From: a virus
Taxonomy: Duplodnaviria > Caudoviricetes
Strand: one strand, 5' to 3'
Virus record (IMG/VR): IMGVR_UViG_3300045972_000025
Location: 1 to 58,678 of that record
Length of the DNA stretch: 58,678 bases
Part shown: positions 27,928 to 36,908 of the stretch, one piece after another
How positions within the stretch are numbered: the stretch's first letter is position 1
Layout: every line of letters starts with the position of its first letter
Made by a program: the position numbers and the translations under genes
The notes under the pieces: generated by a model
The model's database searches: none
Told to the model about the DNA's origin: nothing
The model's input: the letters and a program-made list of their open reading frames with translations, nothing else

Positions 27928-29761
27928 ATTCTCTTCCTCCGCTAGAGAGTCCATCTTAGGACAAATTGTAGATAATGAAATATCTGAGAATACAAACGCA
28001 CTAAATTTTATTGATTTTATAGAAGGTGAATCAGGTCCCAAAGTTACATTATACCCGGTACAGAGATTCATAGCCAAGGCAATTCTGGGTGTTCCATTAG
28101 ATTATAAAGAAGGTATCGTCATAGTTAAGGATAAGTATGCTGAAGAAATTATGTATACTTTTACAGAACGACAATATTTAGAATATCTGTATAATGAGGG
28201 AAGAGTAAATATAGAGAATTGGCAGGATATACCAGCTAGGGGATTTAATGAAGCTGTTATCTTTGCAGGTCGCCGAGGTGGAAAGTCTCAGCTCATCTCA
28301 GCCATAGCCGATTTCAAGTTATATAAGCTACTCAGTATTCGATCTCCTCATGAACACTTCAGTCTAGTAGAAGGTTCTCCAATAGAATTCACTTTCTTAG
28401 CCCAGGATAGTGGTGGTGCTAACAGACTCTATGATAAATTCAAGTCTGATATTAACTCATGTGCATTCTTTAGTCCTTATCTCCGTAAGACTCCAGGATC
28501 TAAGAATATGGAGTTCGTTACAGAAGCTGATAAAGATAAGAGAGATGTTCTACCTAGTATCAAGGTTGGAGCTTATCCTTGTACTACTAACGCTGTACGT
28601 GGTCCTAGCTCCTACTTCCTAGCACTAGACGAATTCGCTCACTTTAGAAATGAGAAGGGTTCTAATTCTGATGAGGTGTATGAAGCAGCTGCTCCTGCAA
28701 CCATGAACTTCACGAACAAGCAGGGTGAATTAGAGTCACTGATCATGACCATCTCCAGTCCCTGGAAACGAGAAGGTAAGGCTTATGATCTTCATGCTGA
28801 TGCAATGAAACATGGATCAGACTCTGGTATTTTCACAATGATGTGTTCATCTGCTGAGATGAATCCTCGTTCCAATTCTACCTATCTAAGAAAGAAAGAA
28901 GTTTCTGCTGCCTTAACATGGCGAGCTGAGTATGGTGGACAATTCCTAGACTCAGCTGAATCATACGTACCTTTGATGTCTATTAATAATGCTATAGATC
29001 GTGGACGTCAGAGTACCACTAGATATCAAGATGATAGGTATTCTAAGTATTACTTCTGGGCACTGGATCTTGGAATGAAGAACGATGCCACAGCCCTAGC
29101 TATCGGACATCTCGAATACATGGAAGGTAATGGGATCGTTCTCTATTATGATTTCATCGGTAGAAAGATGGTCGGAGAGGCTCCATATGAGAATGTACAT
29201 GAGATTCCTCTCGAAGACATCTTGAACTGGATGATAGAACTTAATGACGTAATGCCATGTTATAGAGGATGTACTGACCAACATGGTGGATCCATGTTAA
29301 CACAGCTCCTAAAAATGAACAATATAGAGAATTTCGATCTAGTACATCTCAACACTGGGATCAACTCTCAGATGTATTACACACTCAAAGGTTTCTTGGA
29401 TCAAGGACGTGTGAGATTCCCTGATGTTCCTATCTTCGAGAAGGAATTGAAATCGGTTGAAGCTGAGATTATCAGTAAGTATCAGATCAGGGTTCAAGCT
29501 CCTAACGAAAAGGGAGCTCATGATGATATGTGTGACGCTGTAGCGTTAGTGGCATATCTAGCTAACCAATTTATGGCTGAAGATTCAAGACGTATGGATG
29601 ACATCATTAATAACACTAATGTAGATCCATATCTAATGACCCAGACCTTTGATCCTGAAGTTGGGTCATTACAAGGGTTTAAGATGGTAGAACGTATGAG
29701 AGCCATGGCTAGACAGGATGTCCCTGGTAGACCCGGACGATTAGCTGGTCGCAGATTCTAA
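27911..29761 (+). CDS. terL: Terminase large subunit
   Basis: Walker A AGRRGGKS, Walker B FLALDE, coupling motif ISSP, RNase H-like WALDLG...D and HDDMCDA. Confidence 0.92.
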   Translation: MARLNKFSSSARESILGQIVDNEISENTNALNFIDFIEGESGPKVTLYPVQRFIAKAILGVPLDYKEGIVIVKDKYAEEIMYTFTERQYLEYLYNEGRVNIENWQDIPARGFNEAVIFAGRRGGKSQLISAIADFKLYKLLSIRSPHEHFSLVEGSPIEFTFLAQDSGGANRLYDKFKSDINSCAFFSPYLRKTPGSKNMEFVTEADKDKRDVLPSIKVGAYPCTTNAVRGPSSYFLALDEFAHFRNEKGSNSDEVYEAAAPATMNFTNKQGELESLIMTISSPWKREGKAYDLHADAMKHGSDSGIFTMMCSSAEMNPRSNSTYLRKKEVSAALTWRAEYGGQFLDSAESYVPLMSINNAIDRGRQSTTRYQDDRYSKYYFWALDLGMKNDATALAIGHLEYMEGNGIVLYYDFIGRKMVGEAPYENVHEIPLEDILNWMIELNDVMPCYRGCTDQHGGSMLTQLLKMNNIENFDLVHLNTGINSQMYYTLKGFLDQGRVRFPDVPIFEKELKSVEAEIISKYQIRVQAPNEKGAHDDMCDAVALVAYLANQFMAEDSRRMDDIINNTNVDPYLMTQTFDPEVGSLQGFKMVERMRAMARQDVPGRPGRLAGRRF

Positions 29762-29785
29762 TAAGTAATATAGACTGGAGATTCT

Positions 29786-30175
29786 ATGTTCAAGGTCTAT
29801 ATTCTAGTCTGTTTCGTCAGTTCGTTAACAACTCTAGCTATTGCTCATAATAAACTAATCATGAGTGGTCAAGGGTTTAAATCCCCATGGTGGGATAAGA
29901 TTACAATCTGTGTACTAGCGACTATTCTGATTTCTTATTTCAGTAATATACATCTAGAATTACCGAAAGCTCCATCTGTTTTCATTTCGGTAATTACTTT
30001 AATTATTACGATATCATTGTTCATCGTCAAGAACGCAGTTACCGATGCCCAATTCAACCCAAAGGAATATAATGTAGAAACTATGCGAGAGGATTCGCTG
30101 TATAAAATTGATGTACGACATCCTCTGATCTACAATATTATATTCTATGGCTGGCTTTTAATCCTCATTTTATAA
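29786..30175 (+). CDS. Small membrane protein (3-4 TM; holin or sensor candidate)
   Basis: Several hydrophobic stretches; GGAG RBS. Confidence 0.55.
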   Translation: MFKVYILVCFVSSLTTLAIAHNKLIMSGQGFKSPWWDKITICVLATILISYFSNIHLELPKAPSVFISVITLIITISLFIVKNAVTDAQFNPKEYNVETMREDSLYKIDVRHPLIYNIIFYGWLLILIL

Positions 30176-30191
30176 ACTTTCGAGCTCATAA

Positions 30192-30698
30192 GTGAGTCAT
30201 ACTTATGAGTATAAAATGTTAAGATTACAGCCTCGGACAAGTGAGCTGATGAAGCTCAAGGATCCAGTTAAATCCCTGATTGAAATTATTAACAGTCTCC
30301 CGGTCCCGATAGTAGTCATAAAAGATGATGAAGATGGACAGAGAGTTTTATTTAAGAACACGGAATGTGCTCATATATCGGATACTGTCCTTTTAGACTC
30401 ATATAGAACTGATGATCCTTTATTAGATGAAAGAGAAAAGATATTCAACATGGAAAATGGGGATATCTTATGGCAATTTAGTAGGGATATGGGAGATAGT
30501 AGAATAACATTTGATATTCTCTATCCTGTATTTCAAAAGAATGAAAAACCTAGAGGATCCAGAACGTTATCAGAATCTATTCAGAAGATTCGTAATGCTA
30601 ATGAGAAATTAGAATCATTGATAATGGCCAGGATGGAAAACTTATCCCCGGAGTCGAGGAATAATCTTCTGGCGAAACGTGGGTTACTACCAGTTTAA
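30192..30698 (+). CDS. Protein with PAS-like N-terminal motif
   Basis: LIEIINSLPVPIVVIKDDEDGQRVLFKN resembles the PAS entry motif; C-terminal coiled coil. Confidence 0.4.
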   Translation: MSHTYEYKMLRLQPRTSELMKLKDPVKSLIEIINSLPVPIVVIKDDEDGQRVLFKNTECAHISDTVLLDSYRTDDPLLDEREKIFNMENGDILWQFSRDMGDSRITFDILYPVFQKNEKPRGSRTLSESIQKIRNANEKLESLIMARMENLSPESRNNLLAKRGLLPV

Positions 30699-30713
30699 TA
30701 TGGGAACCCAATT

Positions 30714-31595
30714 ATGATCGAACCGCTCGAGCGTCGCAGAAGATTTCTATCTCAAAACACAGAGATCAAAGATGACTTACAAACCATCTTCACTGCTGCA
30801 GAAGAGACGTACTCTGATTTGCGAGAAGTACTGTCTGTCACAGGTGAAGTAGAGAAGGCCGTACAGAAACTTCAGACTATGTTAACGGATCTGTCAAAGG
30901 ATTCTAATAACAGTCTCGAAGAGGGTGACGACAAACTCAATCAGATTATAGAATTCTGTTCGAATATAAGCGATAGCTTCGAGAGATTGGTTGAATCACT
31001 TACAGCTGAGAGTGAGAATCAGGAAGAAGAGATAAAGAAGAATCGTACTCTTCTTAGCAACGTGGCTACTACATATAAGAACATAAGTAATCAGCTACTG
31101 CAGGTAAAGCATTCTTTAGATGAAGCTCTCAATGATAGAAAGAAAATCGATCTGGCTGTCAAAGACGCTATTGCTAAGGTAGACCTTATCTATTCAGCGT
31201 TACAAGCTCACAACCCCATTATCCTCTTCTTCAAGAATATGAAGGAAGATGAGATTATGAAGCTATTACCTACATTACAGATAGTAATTTTTGAAATCCT
31301 GAAAGAAAAAGGTTATAATGCTGAAGGCGTAAAGAAAGAACCCATCATCATAATCCTCAATCTGTTCTTGAATCAGTTAAAGAATAATCTGATTGCGATA
31401 CTTGCATCTCTAGCTATAATGTGGATCGTAAGAGGATGGTTGGATCTAAATCACCAAGAAATCAAGTCTGGCCCCAAGCAGTATCAACAAGAAATCGAAG
31501 AATTGAAGAAAGAAATCATTGATCTTCATAATACTGATAAATCAATAGAATCTAAGCTGGGTAGTAAAAAGAAGAGTGCTCCGAAAATTCCTTAA
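30714..31595 (+). CDS. Coiled-coil protein with C-terminal transmembrane segment
   Basis: Long heptad region, then LIAILASLAIMWIV. Confidence 0.55.
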   Translation: MIEPLERRRRFLSQNTEIKDDLQTIFTAAEETYSDLREVLSVTGEVEKAVQKLQTMLTDLSKDSNNSLEEGDDKLNQIIEFCSNISDSFERLVESLTAESENQEEEIKKNRTLLSNVATTYKNISNQLLQVKHSLDEALNDRKKIDLAVKDAIAKVDLIYSALQAHNPIILFFKNMKEDEIMKLLPTLQIVIFEILKEKGYNAEGVKKEPIIIILNLFLNQLKNNLIAILASLAIMWIVRGWLDLNHQEIKSGPKQYQQEIEELKKEIIDLHNTDKSIESKLGSKKKSAPKIP

Positions 31596-31658
31596 AAAAT
31601 TATTCCTGATCTGGGTTCACGGCCGAGTAATAATGATACCTAGACCAAGGAGAGTTCT

Positions 31659-32432
31659 TTGACTGAAGTCATCGCAGCCGTCGATCAAGAAATTACTGTC
31701 CAAAAGTCAGACTTCAGTTACAAGGAGGTAGTGACGGTAGATGACGATTTCGTCGTCCCGGCTAACTTCGCTGAGTTCTACGATCGTTATCCCAAGTATA
31801 TACGTACTTGGTTGATTCGCCATCGCTGCCCTCAGGAACTGTTAGCTGACTTCACTCACGATATCATAGAGCATTTCCTCACCGTGTCCGCAAATGGCCA
31901 GGCTAAGGGGATTCTGGATCGTGTGATGTCATTCTCAGGTGACAGGATTGGTGGTAAGTCAGCAGGTAAGTTCTTCTTCTACATCAACCTTCTGCTGACT
32001 CGTAAGTATATGATCTGTATCAAGAAGCGGGTTCAGGAACCTGTGGTACAGCGTAATACAATGAGTATCCAGAGTGAAATTACTGAACAGTATATTCCTG
32101 GGTCAGTATCGTTAGAAGAACTGTTCACCAAACACGGTTGTCAGGATATAGTTCATACTGACTTCCTTGAGGTGCAGAACAAGAAGCATTTCGTTAAAGG
32201 GTTTGTACGGTTCCTGAAGAAGAATGAACCTTCTATCCTCCCTGCTGTCAGCTATTTCATGAAGCATGAGACTATGCCTGAGATCTGCGATGAGAATGCA
32301 TTAAAAATGGAGGAACTGAATAGACTTCGGTCTAGACTCCGGATCCTCGCATCTGTCTATTCTAAGGGACTTACCAAGGTTCCCAACCGTAGAAAGCCAT
32401 ACACCAAGCGGCAGAAGTCTATAGCTGCCTAA
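31659..32432 (+). CDS. ECF-like sigma factor (putative)
   Basis: FAEFYDRYPKYIRTWL...DFTHDIIEHFL...GKFFFYINLLL (region 2-like) and ETMPEICDENALKMEELNRLRSRL (region 4-like); AGGAG RBS before TTG. Confidence 0.55.
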   Translation: MTEVIAAVDQEITVQKSDFSYKEVVTVDDDFVVPANFAEFYDRYPKYIRTWLIRHRCPQELLADFTHDIIEHFLTVSANGQAKGILDRVMSFSGDRIGGKSAGKFFFYINLLLTRKYMICIKKRVQEPVVQRNTMSIQSEITEQYIPGSVSLEELFTKHGCQDIVHTDFLEVQNKKHFVKGFVRFLKKNEPSILPAVSYFMKHETMPEICDENALKMEELNRLRSRLRILASVYSKGLTKVPNRRKPYTKRQKSIAA

Positions 32433-32441
32433 TCGTAATCG

Positions 32442-32486
32442 AATAGGCCATGACGGTTTATAATTAACCTCATGGCCTATTTCTCT
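32442..32486 (+). terminator. Long hairpin / terminator
   Basis: aataggccatga...tcatggcctatt with inner ggtt/aacc pairing, followed by tctct. Confidence 0.65.
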
Positions 32487-32516
32487 AGGTATCTATAATT
32501 ATATGTATGGTGGACT

Positions 32517-33149
32517 ATGACAGATCTTCAGGGTATTGAAGATGTTGAATTCAGTAGAGAAGAAGCTAAGAAATTACTAGGTTCTACGTACAACCAGATC
32601 AGTGAACAGAGATGGGAACGGATACGAGAGCTTATAGACTTTAGAGATTTATGCTTAGAAACTACAGGTAAAATACCAAAAGGTGATTCCATATCATGTC
32701 CGTTTCACGGACGAGATAGTAATCCTAGCTTCCACTTGTACCAACGATCTAATGATGCATACTGCTACGGATGTCCCCCTGGTGATCAATACTGGGATCA
32801 TACCAAACTGATCTCTAGACTGCTAGGTTGTTCCAGAGTCCATGCTCTCAAATGGTTAGAAGATAAGTATAATCTACCGAAACTAGATGAACAAGAGGTA
32901 GAGGATGAGCATGTAATCTGCCTTGAGTTTCAGGATGTGAGAGAAGCTTTCATCCAAAAGGCTCGAGAGCTAGTATCGATAGAGAAGAATGATAAAGTAG
33001 CCATGGCTAGAGAACTGATGCGATTATTCTTCATCAGTGAGGGAACAAAAGATCCTTTGTTATGTGCTCAAGTCCTCGGACTCACCAAAGTACGTGCAAT
33101 TCTGAAACAAAAAGAGAAGAGGTTGAAGTCTGGTGAATTTAATATCTAA
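32517..33149 (+). CDS. CHC2 zinc-finger protein (primase Zn-binding domain, no Toprim)
   Basis: ISCPFHGRDSNPSF...YCYGC. Confidence 0.75.
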   Translation: MTDLQGIEDVEFSREEAKKLLGSTYNQISEQRWERIRELIDFRDLCLETTGKIPKGDSISCPFHGRDSNPSFHLYQRSNDAYCYGCPPGDQYWDHTKLISRLLGCSRVHALKWLEDKYNLPKLDEQEVEDEHVICLEFQDVREAFIQKARELVSIEKNDKVAMARELMRLFFISEGTKDPLLCAQVLGLTKVRAILKQKEKRLKSGEFNI

Positions 33150-36100
33150 GTTCATGGAAGCTCTTGATCCCAAGGACATGAAGATAGTCAAGAAAAAGAA
33201 GAAGGAGAAGCTCCCTTCGGATCTAAGATCTGTATTCGATAGACACGTAAAAGCTATTCAGGAAGCAGGGGTAGACAGCCTAAAGTTTCCTTGGATGCAC
33301 AAGAAGTCTTTCAGATTAATTTCTGACGCAGAAGAGTTAAAGATCTGGATAGAACAAGTTATGGCTGGGGATCGTTATCCAGTTCCTAAGACTGATGAGA
33401 TGTTACCAGCCGTTGCTGTAGATACTGAGACCACAGGACTCGATAACAGAGTCATTATGAAACCTGATGGTTCATATAGCATCAGGAATGAAATCGCTGG
33501 AATCTGTCTATCATCTGATGGTTATGAGGGGATCTATATCCCAGTTACCCATGAAGATGGTAACAACATAGATAGGAAAGAATGTAAGGAGATTTTACAA
33601 GAGTTCTTCAATAACTGCCTACTGATTTTCTATAATGCTAAGTATGATAAAGAGGTCTTGAAGCTTCTCATGGATATTGATATCCGTGAGTATCCATACA
33701 TAGAAGACGTACAGGTAGATGCTTATCTCGAAGATCCTAAGGCAGATTTCGGTGATAAAGGTCATAATGCTGATGGCTTGAAATATCAGTCGAAGACCAG
33801 ACTCAATATGGAACAGATTGAGTTAGGGACCTTATCGAAGGTAAAGGCTGATATGTATAATAAAGAGACTGGTAAGACTAGTCTTAGAATGCAACATGCT
33901 CCATTCAATTGGGTTCCTACTGATATAGCCTTATGGTATGCTGCTGGTGATGCCATTTGTACTTGGTTATTATGGGAGTTAATGCGAGATGAGGCTCGAA
34001 AGCTAGGCCTTGCTCATAAGATTGACCATCAGTTGATCGATACAATCACTTGGGTAGAACGTCAGCGATTCCATGTTGATGTTAAGAAACTCAAGAGAAT
34101 CACCAAATGGCATGCTGGTAAGTTGAAGATTCTACGTGATGAGTTAGAAGCCATTGCTGAGTGGGATATAGTGAGAGGTCCTGGTAGCGATGATGAATTC
34201 AATCCAGGATCCCCACCACAGTTAGTCAAGATCCTGTTTGATCATAAAGGATTTGAACCATTCAATAAGAGTGAGAAGACTGGGATTCCTTCTACTGATG
34301 CTGAAACATTAGAAGAATTAGCTAAAGCTCATCCTGATGATCTGTTCTTGAAGAAGTTACAAGAATATCGGGCTTATGCTTCTCTTCATCCTGGGAATCT
34401 ATGTTATGATCCTGTTGATCATAGTGCCAGAATCTATCTTCGTCAGTGTGTTGTAGCTGGTGGGCGATTGTCTGCTACTGGTGGTGATTTCGAGAAAGAT
34501 GGTGGATTCGGACTCAACATTCAGGCTATCAAACGAGTCGAAGGTAACAAATGGGTAAAAGGTCGCAAGATCCAATCAATACCAGAAGTTACATATAGTA
34601 TCACAGATCTAGATCCTTCATGTTATAAGACAGAGGAGATCAAAGTCAAAAAGAAGAATCCTAGGTATGGGAAGGATCATCTTAACAATAGTGATTGGGT
34701 AGAACCTGAATATCTAGAAACTGATGAGATTGAGACCAAGTATATTCTGGCTAAGGGTATAAAAGGTAATCACTATGCTGAGTACTTCAGTGATTTGTAT
34801 TGTTTGGTCCCAGGTTGTAAGACTTGTGATTTTGTAGATGGCGTAGTAGAGAAGGTGGATTCAGAAGAAATCCTCAACATCCGTAGTCTATTCATTGCTA
34901 AACCAGGATACACATTCTTCACCACCGACTATTCTAACATTGAAATGCGTGTCGCTGCAAACATATCTAAAGAGAGCAGTTTCATCAGTGAGTTCCTTGA
35001 AGGCGAAGGAGATTTCCACTCGTTAACAGCGAGAGCAGTGTTCCCTGAATATACAAATCCAAAGACTCCAAAGGATCGTAAGAAGTTCCTACGTTCTCTG
35101 GCAAAGATCCTCAACTTCGCTCTCTTGTATGGTGGAACTGCGTACACCATCTTTGAAAGTATGAAGAAGGTTCAGAAGAACATTACTTTTGAAGAATGTA
35201 AGGTCATGGTCGAAAAATACTGGGAGAAGGTCCCAGAGTTTGCTGCTTGGGTGAAAGAGCGTCAGGATATGGCTAAGAACAAGATGATCTGTAAGACCGT
35301 TACAGGTCGAGTCATTAAGTTCGACTCAGCCATGAGAGCTCAGAAGATCTTCGTACCAACATCAGAGCATAAAGAAAACTATCGTAGATGGTGGGAAATA
35401 AAGAATGCTATAAAAGAATTAGAAGGTCAAGAAGGTTCTGGTTCTAATATAGCTAGACTCAGGAAGACTGCTGACGCTATGTACTTCGATAAAGAAACTG
35501 GTGTACGAAATCATCAGGATTACAAGAAGTTTCTGGGTAAGATTCAGAGAGTAAGTATCAACATTCCTCTCCAGGGTCTAGCTGGTGATTTTATGAGACT
35601 GGCTCTTAATCATATTAGACTATGGTCACAATCTGACTGTGGTGTAGAGTCTGTATATGAATTACATGGATCAGTACATGATGAGATCGATTACTCAGTA
35701 AAGAATGAGTATGTCCCATTCATTATCCCTAGACTAACTCGATTGATGAAGCTTCGTGACATTCATGAACGACAGAAATGGCCAGTACCTATTGAGTGTG
35801 ATACTGAATATGGTAGATCTTGGGATGTGACTGAACACTTAACAGGTGACAGTGGCCATGAACCAGCTGGATGGACCATGATCGAAGGTTTAGAGTCATA
35901 TATTCCTGGTGGTGTAGATTTCGATAAAGTATATAAAGCTCTGGCTTCAGAAGATACAAGAGATAAGGCCTTGATCTACCTAGAGATGAATCTGAATCCT
36001 AGAACGAAGGAAGCTCAGAAGGTATTGAAAGAGTATGCCTATTCTGGTAAAGAGTACAGAAGGCAACTCATTGTATGTTATCAGCTCGATGAATATTGGA

Positions 36101-36549
36101 ATATTGATCAGGAACCAGACGATTCTAATCTTGAGACCATCTCTGAGTATGAACTTAGAATGGGTCTGGATCCAAACAACCGACCTGCTCTACCAGTAGG
36201 TGGTAGGTTAGGAACTATTTCTATGGAGTATAAGGTACCGAATGTTATACAGATCAAGGATGTCGCTGAAGAAATTGATGAAGAAGTTCAAGAAGAACCA
36301 GACACTTCGGCTCCGGTTTTGGTTATGGGTTCTGAGCCTGAAGAAATAGAATACGAATATGATAAAGATGGAATTGTTTATATAAGAGATGAGATAGATG
36401 ATGCGATATTCCAGGAATTAAATAATAGTCTAGGTATTGGAAACAATAAGTGTAAGGTACATTACAGAGATCAGATCCTGACTCTACAGAAAGTATTCAA
36501 AACAGAAGTTCCTGACATTTATAAGAGGGTAAAGAAATGCCTAAGATAA
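33133..36549 (+). CDS. polA: Family A DNA polymerase with 3'-5' exonuclease
   Basis: Exo motifs DTETTGL, YNAKYD, YAAGD; polymerase motifs GRLS, DYSNIEMR (A), RSLAKILNFALLYG (B), VHDE (C). Confidence 0.93.
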   Translation: MNLISKFMEALDPKDMKIVKKKKKEKLPSDLRSVFDRHVKAIQEAGVDSLKFPWMHKKSFRLISDAEELKIWIEQVMAGDRYPVPKTDEMLPAVAVDTETTGLDNRVIMKPDGSYSIRNEIAGICLSSDGYEGIYIPVTHEDGNNIDRKECKEILQEFFNNCLLIFYNAKYDKEVLKLLMDIDIREYPYIEDVQVDAYLEDPKADFGDKGHNADGLKYQSKTRLNMEQIELGTLSKVKADMYNKETGKTSLRMQHAPFNWVPTDIALWYAAGDAICTWLLWELMRDEARKLGLAHKIDHQLIDTITWVERQRFHVDVKKLKRITKWHAGKLKILRDELEAIAEWDIVRGPGSDDEFNPGSPPQLVKILFDHKGFEPFNKSEKTGIPSTDAETLEELAKAHPDDLFLKKLQEYRAYASLHPGNLCYDPVDHSARIYLRQCVVAGGRLSATGGDFEKDGGFGLNIQAIKRVEGNKWVKGRKIQSIPEVTYSITDLDPSCYKTEEIKVKKKNPRYGKDHLNNSDWVEPEYLETDEIETKYILAKGIKGNHYAEYFSDLYCLVPGCKTCDFVDGVVEKVDSEEILNIRSLFIAKPGYTFFTTDYSNIEMRVAANISKESSFISEFLEGEGDFHSLTARAVFPEYTNPKTPKDRKKFLRSLAKILNFALLYGGTAYTIFESMKKVQKNITFEECKVMVEKYWEKVPEFAAWVKERQDMAKNKMICKTVTGRVIKFDSAMRAQKIFVPTSEHKENYRRWWEIKNAIKELEGQEGSGSNIARLRKTADAMYFDKETGVRNHQDYKKFLGKIQRVSINIPLQGLAGDFMRLALNHIRLWSQSDCGVESVYELHGSVHDEIDYSVKNEYVPFIIPRLTRLMKLRDIHERQKWPVPIECDTEYGRSWDVTEHLTGDSGHEPAGWTMIEGLESYIPGGVDFDKVYKALASEDTRDKALIYLEMNLNPRTKEAQKVLKEYAYSGKEYRRQLIVCYQLDEYWNIDQEPDDSNLETISEYELRMGLDPNNRPALPVGGRLGTISMEYKVPNVIQIKDVAEEIDEEVQEEPDTSAPVLVMGSEPEEIEYEYDKDGIVYIRDEIDDAIFQELNNSLGIGNNKCKVHYRDQILTLQKVFKTEVPDIYKRVKKCLR

Positions 36550-36857
36550 TTACAGACAAGAAGATTGCAGCTGATCTAAAGAAGGTTCTAGCTCAGTACG
36601 AAGCCTTGAGACTAGAGGTAAACAACAATCTACCAATCAAGAAGCATTTGGAACGATATCGTAAGAATATCCATGACAGCAGAGCGCTGCTTAATGTTTT
36701 ATCTAAATACCATAAAGATAAGAAATTCTTAGAATTATATGCTCAAGCAGCAGAATTAGATGCCAGATTCGAGAAAGAGATTCAGTTATTCAATAGAGAC
36801 TTCGAGCAGAGTATCAAAACCCTTAGTGCATTAGAGACAGCTCTAGATAAAGCCTAA
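36537..36857 (+). CDS. Hypothetical helical protein
   Basis: 106-aa ORF overlapping the polymerase end. Confidence 0.55.
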   Translation: MPKIITDKKIAADLKKVLAQYEALRLEVNNNLPIKKHLERYRKNIHDSRALLNVLSKYHKDKKFLELYAQAAELDARFEKEIQLFNRDFEQSIKTLSALETALDKA

Positions 36858-36908
36858 TAGCCTTATATAAACAGACTGTCATTTCCTAATAAGATAAGGG
36901 TAATCTAC

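Noticed and set aside
31600-31640. Early-type promoter upstream of the ECF-like sigma gene
   Set aside because: TTATTCC and GTAATAAT are present, but the spacing does not match the fixed N17 of the other copies; left uncalled.
34535-34880. Intein or intron in the DNA polymerase
   Set aside because: No N-terminal Cys/Ser block, no C-terminal HN-C/S/T, no LAGLIDADG motif, and the frame is uninterrupted.
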